From IMG/VR virus record IMGVR_UViG_2684622643_000005, positions 44,038 to 64,037 of that record: DNA of 20,000 nucleotides; one strand, 5' to 3'. Within the stretch, counting starts at the first letter, position 1, and each line of letters starts with the position of its first letter. The translations under genes were made by a program, and so were the position numbers. Positions 14,632 through 20,000 of the stretch are shown here, in pieces. Under the pieces are notes generated by a model. The model was not told the DNA's origin. It ran no database searches and saw nothing but the letters and a program-made list of their open reading frames with translations. The DNA is from an uncultured virus (IMG/VR IMGVR_UViG_2684622643_000005). Taxonomy: Duplodnaviria > Heunggongvirae > Uroviricota > Caudoviricetes.

Positions 14632-14922
14632 ATGCGCACGAAACCCTTCCGCCCGCCGCGCCGGCATGAACTGGCTGGCCTGAAGTACTACCGTACCGCG
14701 TCAGCTTACAACTGGCTCGGCGTAGCTATAGCCCATCCTACACGCGCCATTGAGCTTCTGATGGAGCAGTGCGAGCCAGACGTGCTCTCGCCGATGTTCA
14801 ACATCGAGATAGAGGCCGTGTTACGCCAGGCAGACGAGTATGCGCGATCTCGCGAAGTACTTGACCGAGAGGTGCTGCGCGAAATGCTCATGCACCTGAT
14901 CTCCAAAGCAGCGGGCGAATAA
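14632..14922 (+). CDS. Hypothetical protein (96 aa), probably SOS-inducible
   Basis: ATG at 14632, downstream of the LexA box and a GGA. Confidence 0.7.
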   Translation: MRTKPFRPPRRHELAGLKYYRTASAYNWLGVAIAHPTRAIELLMEQCEPDVLSPMFNIEIEAVLRQADEYARSREVLDREVLREMLMHLISKAAGE

Positions 14923-14964
14923 CCCCAACGAACCCAACCGTATCCGCCCCCCGGAGGACCAACA

Positions 14965-15111
14965 GTGGACAACGAAAACGAAACCCTGGTCGCGCTGCTG
15001 GTCATCGCGCTGATCGTCTTCGGCATCTTCCGGATAGTCGGGGACTTCCAGAACCTCTACGAGCAGACAGAACAGAAAGGACAGGAGTTGAGCAGATGGA
15101 GCAAGCAGTGA
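14965..15111 (+). CDS. 48-aa single-transmembrane protein
   Basis: GGAGG RBS, GTG start, LVALLVIALIVFGIF. Confidence 0.7.
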   Translation: MDNENETLVALLVIALIVFGIFRIVGDFQNLYEQTEQKGQELSRWSKQ

Positions 15112-15434
15112 GACAGGAATTTGAAGACCGCTTCCCGATTCCTGAAGGCATCGAGTGGCGACCTAGCGACTATTTCCCCATCCACACAGAAAACGTCCAC
15201 GAATACATATGCAGATGCGGACGCGCTTCTCGATACGCAGACATGTGGCAAGCCTGGAAAGCCAGCCGCGCGGCTCTGAGGGTGGAGTTGCCGCCATCGG
15301 TGACGATCGAGGAAGTCGCCGAGCATCTGGGCATGGACGACGTGGACGTTGTCGATATCGCCCACATGGTGAATGGGGCCATTGCCGCATGCGCAGCGTT
15401 CATCAAGCAAGCCGGAATCGAGGTGAAGCCATGA
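15096..15434 (+). CDS. Hypothetical phage protein (…WQAWKASRAAL…AGIEVK family)
   Basis: AGGAG RBS; Eaa-like motifs. Confidence 0.8.
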   Translation: MEQAVRQEFEDRFPIPEGIEWRPSDYFPIHTENVHEYICRCGRASRYADMWQAWKASRAALRVELPPSVTIEEVAEHLGMDDVDVVDIAHMVNGAIAACAAFIKQAGIEVKP

Positions 15435-15697
15435 AGGCATACGCACTAGTTCAAGGCCCACGACGCAAGGTGCTCTATATCTCCGATTCCTGTTATTTGC
15501 TCTGGGAATTTGGAGGATCGCATTTCAAACCGGAACTTGGCTGGGAATTCAGGACCCTCCGGCAGAACAGAGCCATCTGCAAGGAAAACAATGCCTACAT
15601 CGTTCGCCTCGACTTCAAGCTGGGCGATCCGATCAGCACGCCAAAAAGGAAGAAGCTGCCGCGCGAAGCTGGCATCGAGGTGAAGCAGAATGGATGA
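15431..15697 (+). CDS. Hypothetical phage protein (88 aa, MKAYALVQG…)
   Basis: GAGGTG RBS; ATGA overlap. Confidence 0.7.
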   Translation: MKAYALVQGPRRKVLYISDSCYLLWEFGGSHFKPELGWEFRTLRQNRAICKENNAYIVRLDFKLGDPISTPKRKKLPREAGIEVKQNG

Positions 15698-16223
15698 GCC
15701 ACTTTTCAACGAACTGCTGGAAAGCGTGAAGCAGGCGGACCAGATCATTTCCGACCACGCAGAGCTGCGGAGGCTGGCTGAAGAAGTGATCCGAATTGAG
15801 CGGAATGAGGATGAGCCGATCTCCGCTGCTTGGGAGCTATTCGATTCCGCCGCCAATCCACAAGCCATTCTCAAGCTGATTGCCGAGGTTGATCTGCTGA
15901 GCGCTCGGCTCAAGGCGGAGAACTGCGCCCATAAGGACACGCAGAAACACTGCGAGTTGTTGGAGCAGTACTTGAAGGAGTGCGCAAGCGCCCTGCCTGG
16001 CACCTACTACATGGACCCTCCAGACGGCGGCGATGTCAGCATTCCAGAGCAGATTCGGCGCATGGCGAAGGACGCCGCGCGCTACCGGTGGCTGCGAGAG
16101 CGAGACCTCGAAACGATCAGACAAGGCGGCGTATTCGCCGGGATGACCCCGGAGAACATCGTACTCAACCAGGAAGACCTAGACGCTGCAATCGACGCAG
16201 CCCTAGAAGGAGCAACGCAATGA
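15690..16223 (+). CDS. Ead/Ea22-like protein
   Basis: ELRRLAE, AANPQAILKLIAEV, KDAARYRWLR and LDAAIDAA motifs. Confidence 0.85.
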   Translation: MDEPLFNELLESVKQADQIISDHAELRRLAEEVIRIERNEDEPISAAWELFDSAANPQAILKLIAEVDLLSARLKAENCAHKDTQKHCELLEQYLKECASALPGTYYMDPPDGGDVSIPEQIRRMAKDAARYRWLRERDLETIRQGGVFAGMTPENIVLNQEDLDAAIDAALEGATQ

Positions 16224-16612
16224 ACGACCGCACACTACTCGAACTGGCGGCGCGGGCGGCTGGAATTCCTGATGCATTGTATTTGGACTGTGTGGCACAG
16301 GATATGTACCACCCGAGAGACGGAGAAGCAGGCATTGAAGTAAACCATCGGGACACGCGATGGAGTTGTTTGGCTATTGACGGCGTATGGAACCCGCTCA
16401 CCGACGACGGCGACGCGCTTAGGCTGGCGGTGAAGCTTCGCCTGGACATTACGTTCTACAACGGTTTTCAGGAGGTGGCCGCCGAGCCATCAAATGGTGA
16501 CGGGATGAACCCTTGCCAGGAAGTGTTCACAGAAAACCCGTATGCGGCAACTCGGCGAGCCATTGTCCGCGCCGCCGCCGAGATCGGCAAGTCTATGGGA
16601 GGTGGGGAGTGA
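16220..16612 (+). CDS. NinX/DUF2591-like phage protein
   Basis: LLELAARAAG…WNPLTDDGDALRL…TRRAIVRAAA; start corrected to the ATGA overlap. Confidence 0.7.
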   Translation: MNDRTLLELAARAAGIPDALYLDCVAQDMYHPRDGEAGIEVNHRDTRWSCLAIDGVWNPLTDDGDALRLAVKLRLDITFYNGFQEVAAEPSNGDGMNPCQEVFTENPYAATRRAIVRAAAEIGKSMGGGE

Positions 16613-17031
16613 GCGAAACCGCAGAAATGAAGACCTGCGAGCTTGAGGGGGCAGCGCTTGATTGGGCCGTTGCAATGGCTGAAGGCGAAGAGGTCATTGT
16701 CCATGGCATTGGACAGTACCGTTATGACGTGAGAGGCGGCATTCACTGCTGCAAATATGGCTGCACCTTTGGCCCTCGCTCGATTACTGAAGAAGTCGAG
16801 CGATACGAACCTTCGGACTCATGGGCTCAAGGCGGACCACTGATCACCAAGTACCTCATCGAGTTCGCAGTCGAGCACGCACGGACGATATGCGCCTGCC
16901 TTTGCGACGAGAACGGAATGTACATCAGTGGTTGCTCATATGGAGATACGTACCTGATCGCCGCATGCCGAGCCATCGTTACGGCCAAGCTAGGGGAAAC
17001 CGTCAACGTCCCCGCCGAACTCATCAAGTAA
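16609..17031 (+). CDS. NinX/DUF2591-family phage protein
   Basis: ELEGAALDWAVA…YEPSDSWAQGGPLI…LIAACRAIV..KLG; GTGA overlap start. Confidence 0.8.
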   Translation: MSETAEMKTCELEGAALDWAVAMAEGEEVIVHGIGQYRYDVRGGIHCCKYGCTFGPRSITEEVERYEPSDSWAQGGPLITKYLIEFAVEHARTICACLCDENGMYISGCSYGDTYLIAACRAIVTAKLGETVNVPAELIK

Positions 17032-17205
17032 CCCAGCCGGGCGCCACTAGCTCTCCCTGAGCTAACCCGGCTGGGCTCCAAATCCTACCAGAAGGCCTGA
17101 CCGAGCAGTTAACCCCCATATTGCCCGATGCGGGCGCCCTGCCCGGCCAAGCCTCCACGAATTCTACCCGCCAACCCGATGCCGTTGATCGGCCAAGGTC
17201 TCGCT

Positions 17206-17520
17206 ATGTCTTTGATTTCAGTTGAGGCGGCCGCCGGCATTCTCGGCGTGAGCCGCAGGACCGCGTACCGCTACGCGGACGAAAAGCTGATCCCGGTGGT
17301 CAGGTTCAAAAAGACCATCCGGGTCCACAAGGAAAAGCTCGAACAGATGCTTGAAGAGGAAGCCGCTGCTAGCATGCGCGACGCGGTCGGCGTACCGGAG
17401 GAAGTATGCCGTACAAGAGAAACGACTCCGCCTACTGGTGGATCTCTTTCAAATCAGCAACAGGAAAGCTTGTTAGACGCTCTTCTGGAACTGCCGACTA
17501 CTCGGCGGCGAAAGCACTAG
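17206..17520 (+). CDS. xis: Excisionase (MerR-like HTH)
   Basis: LISVEAAAGILGVSRRTAYRY…IPVVRF…IRV, directly upstream of and overlapping int. Confidence 0.85.
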   Translation: MSLISVEAAAGILGVSRRTAYRYADEKLIPVVRFKKTIRVHKEKLEQMLEEEAAASMRDAVGVPEEVCRTRETTPPTGGSLSNQQQESLLDALLELPTTRRRKH

Positions 17521-18515
17521 AGCAACAGGAGCGCGCGAAAGCGTGGAAGGAAAAGGAAATGGGCGTTAATCCGCCCAGGACCTTTGAGGAGGTGATCATT
17601 CCGTACCTGCAGCACGCTCGCCAGCATCAGCGCAGCTACGAAACGACCGTGCACCGCATAAAGCCGCTGCGCGAGTATTTTGCCGGACGCGTGGTCAACG
17701 ATCTAGGGGGCCAGGACATCCGGGGATACGGAGCGCATCGGTTGGATGCCGGCGCATCCCCGGCAACCATCAACCGAGAACTCGCCGCACTGTCCGCGGC
17801 GATCAACCACTGCAACACAGAACTGGAGTGGGCCCTTCCTAACCCGGTGAAGGGACGGAAGATGCGCGAGGCCGAGGGACGTGATCGTTGGCTGACCAGG
17901 GCGGAGGTCGAGGCCCTGTGCCGCGCCGCGCGCGTCCAGAAGTTTGGCCCGATGCTCGAGGATTTCATCCGCCTAGCGGTAAACACCGGATGCCGGCGGG
18001 AGGAAATGCTTGGCCTGGAGTGGCGCAGAGTGGATTTCGCCAATCGACTGATCTACTTGGAGGCATCCCACACGAAGGCAGGCAAGCGCCGGAGCATCCC
18101 GATCAACGAAGGGGCTATGGCAGCACTAAAGCGACGAATGGCATTCAGATCCGAGACCAGTCCGGAATGCCCCTGGGTTTTTGCCAGAGCCAACGGCGAT
18201 CGAGTGGTTTCGCTATCAGCCGGGTTCAAGCAGGCCTGCCAGGCAGCGAAGATTGTGGACTTTACGATTCACGACCTGCGCCACACCTGCGCGGCATGGC
18301 TGGTCAGCGCCGGCGTTCCGTTGGCGGATGTTCGGGATCTGCTCGGACACTCGACAGTCGCGATGACTGAGCGATATGCCCATCTTGCGCCGGCCAGGGT
18401 AAGGGATGCGGTTGGTGTTCTTGATCAAGTCCGTGAAAGTCGCATTTCACGTTCTGTTCACGCTGATAATCCAGCGCATCTACGTGGAGGGCCGCTGAAG
18501 CTCGTAAACACTTGA
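17406..18515 (+). CDS. int: Tyrosine integrase
   Basis: TGCRREE (R), TKAG (K), HDLRH, LGHS and ERYAH (Y); N-terminal arm-binding domain. Confidence 0.96.
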   Translation: MPYKRNDSAYWWISFKSATGKLVRRSSGTADYSAAKALEQQERAKAWKEKEMGVNPPRTFEEVIIPYLQHARQHQRSYETTVHRIKPLREYFAGRVVNDLGGQDIRGYGAHRLDAGASPATINRELAALSAAINHCNTELEWALPNPVKGRKMREAEGRDRWLTRAEVEALCRAARVQKFGPMLEDFIRLAVNTGCRREEMLGLEWRRVDFANRLIYLEASHTKAGKRRSIPINEGAMAALKRRMAFRSETSPECPWVFARANGDRVVSLSAGFKQACQAAKIVDFTIHDLRHTCAAWLVSAGVPLADVRDLLGHSTVAMTERYAHLAPARVRDAVGVLDQVRESRISRSVHADNPAHLRGGPLKLVNT

Positions 18516-18524
18516 TTTAGAAGG

Positions 18525-18609
18525 TGGTGCGGACGGAGAGACTCGAACTCTCACGCCTTGCGGCGCTGGAACCTAAATCCAGTGTGTCTACCAATTCCAC
18601 CACGTCCGC
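18525..18609 (-). tRNA. tRNA-Leu(TAG); its 3' end is the likely att core
   Basis: GCGGACG…TTTAGGT loop…GTTCGAGTC…CGCACCA, 85 nt with a long variable arm. Confidence 0.97.
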
Positions 18610-18663
18610 GGGACACTGCTTGGAAATGAAAACGCCAGGCCCCGGGCCTGGCGCTTCGGAATA

Positions 18664-18740
18664 TGGGGTGGACGATGGGAATCGAACCCACGACACCAGG
18701 AGCCACAATCCTGTGCTCTACCAACTGAGCTACGCCCACC
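18664..18740 (-). tRNA. tRNA-His(GTG)
   Basis: GGTGGGCGTAGCTCAG…TTGTGGC…GGTTCGATTCC…CCCCA (includes G-1). Confidence 0.97.
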
Positions 18741-18790
18741 ATATTACGACTTGCGGTAAAACATCGCCTGCTTCTTGCCGATTCGCCGAA

Positions 18791-18867
18791 TGGCGCACCC
18801 GGCAGGACTCGAACCTGCGACCATCCGCTTAGAAGGCGGATGCTCTATCCAGCTGAGCTACGGGCGC
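18791..18867 (-). tRNA. tRNA-Arg(TCT)
   Basis: GCGCCCGTAGCTCAG…CTTCTAA…GGTTCGAGTCC…GCGCCA. Confidence 0.97.
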
Positions 18868-18984
18868 TTTATTCATCTGCATTCAATGCTGAGCGCAAAC
18901 TTTAAGCTCTGGCAATCACAAAGTCAGCAACCGACTTGCTTTACCTCTTACCCTGCGTCCGGCTGTGCTCGGCAAGCGGGGCGC

Positions 18985-19013
18985 ATGTTATACAGGGGGC
19001 GAAAGGCCGTCAA
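18985..19013 (-). promoter_or_regulatory. Stable-RNA promoter of the tRNA operon
   Basis: Minus strand TTGACG, 17 bp, TAACAT; GC-rich discriminator; upstream A/T tract (UP-like). Confidence 0.65.
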
Positions 19014-19145
19014 CGGGTTTTTTAAAAAAATTCAGCTATATAAAGGAGTTACGGCAAATCCACGGGTCGCCTCCTTTGCCCCGGGCGGCGTCCATGCGAA
19101 AATGCGCGTCCTTTTTCCACCCGATTCGATGGTTACCCTTCCGAC

Positions 19146-20000
19146 ATGACCGCACAACTGATCGACGGCAAAGCGATCGCCGCCAACCTTCGCCAGCAGA
19201 TAGCCCAACGCGTGACCGAGCGCCGCCAGCAAGGCCTGCGCGTTCCCGGCCTGGCGGTGATCCTGGTCGGCACCGATCCGGCCTCTCAGGTCTATGTGGC
19301 GCACAAGCGCAAGGACTGCGAGGAAGTCGGCTTTCTCTCCCAGGCCTACGATCTTCCCGCCGAAACCAGCCAGGACGACCTGCTGGCCCTGATCGACCGC
19401 CTGAACGACGACACCGCCATCGACGGCATCCTGGTCCAGCTACCCCTGCCCGCCCACCTGGACGCCTCCCTGCTGCTGGAGCGTATCCACCCGGACAAGG
19501 ACGTGGACGGTTTCCATCCCTACAACATCGGCCGCCTGGCCCAGCGCATGCCCCTCCTGCGCCCCTGCACCCCGAAAGGCATCATGACCCTGCTCGCCAG
19601 CACCGGCGCCGACCTGTACGGCATGGATGCGGTCGTGGTCGGCGCCTCGAACATCGTCGGCCGACCCATGGCTCTGGAGTTGCTGCTGGGTGGCTGCACC
19701 GTCACAGTGACCCACCGCTTCACCCGCGACCTGGCCGACCATGTGTCGCGCGCCGACCTGGTGGTGGTCGCTGCCGGCAAGCCGGGACTGGTCAAGGGCG
19801 AGTGGATCAAGGAAGGCGCCATCGTCATCGACGTCGGCATCAACCGCCAGGCCGACGGCCGACTGGTCGGCGACGTGGAATACGAAGTGGCAGCGCAACG
19901 CGCCAGCTGGATCACCCCGGTGCCGGGCGGCGTCGGGCCGATGACCCGCGCCTGCCTGCTGGAAAATACCCTGCACGCCGCCGAACACCTGCACGACTGA
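19146..20000 (+). CDS. folD: Methylenetetrahydrofolate dehydrogenase/cyclohydrolase
   Basis: [39 protein letters not shown] and [11 protein letters not shown]. Confidence 0.99.
   Translation: MTAQLIDGKAIAANLRQQIAQRVTERRQQGLRVPGLAVILVGTDPASQVYVAHKRKDCEEVGFLSQAYDLPAETSQDDLLALIDRLNDDTAIDGILVQLPLPAHLDASLLLERIHPDKDVDGFHPYNIGRLAQRMPLLRPCTPKGIMTLLASTGADLYGMDAVVVGASNIVGRPMALELLLGGCTVTVTHRFTRDLADHVSRADLVVVAAGKPGLVKGEWIKEGAIVIDVGINRQADGRLVGDVEYEVAAQRASWITPVPGGVGPMTRACLLENTLHAAEHLHD

Larger units (their letters stand above)
1..18524 (+). mobile_element. Lambdoid prophage, left arm (immunity boundary to int/att); continues beyond window start
   Basis: Co-oriented phage early genes (Sak, Gp157, SSB, Ead/Ea22-like, NinX-like, xis, int) ending 9 bp from the CCA end of tRNA-Leu; host tRNAs and folD follow. 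Confidence 0.95.

Noticed and set aside
18633..18652. Hairpin between tRNA-Leu and tRNA-His as a mobile repeat
   Set aside because: Single copy; ordinary tRNA operon spacer structure.
18517..19149. ORFs across the tRNA cluster
   Set aside because: Spurious translations of tRNA genes and their promoter.
1..20000. CRISPR array or tandem repeat-spacer array
   Set aside because: No regularly spaced repeats seen; only short pairs such as GAGAACACT twice at 3970-3988.

Overview
Positions 1 to about 18524 are the left (pL/early) arm of a lambdoid temperate prophage. It is integrated at the 3' end of tRNA-Leu(TAG) in the tRNA-Arg/His/Leu cluster next to folD, in a Pseudomonas (aeruginosa-like) chromosome. 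Order on the + strand: probable repressor 3' end; a two-gene accessory cassette (Nal1-like trypsin-fold serine protease plus a 70-aa partner) in the rexAB-equivalent slot; terminators; a pL promoter with three 17-bp operators and a boxA-like site; a structured leader; an HNH-AP2 endonuclease; many small ORFs interspersed with structured non-coding elements; a tnpB-only IS200/IS605 element; a Rad52/Sak-Gp157-SSB recombination module; Ead/Ea22-like, Lar-like, PAPS-reductase-like and NinX-like genes; a LexA-box-preceded ORF; xis and int. Host tRNAs and folD follow. Most notable: (1) the protease plus a partner resembling its own N-terminal domain (candidate defence or toxin-antitoxin system), (2) two tRNA-like or kissing-loop RNA elements, and (3) an IS whose TCAT target and TCAA end make it coding-silent at ATGA gene overlaps. 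All family assignments come from motif recognition, not database searches.
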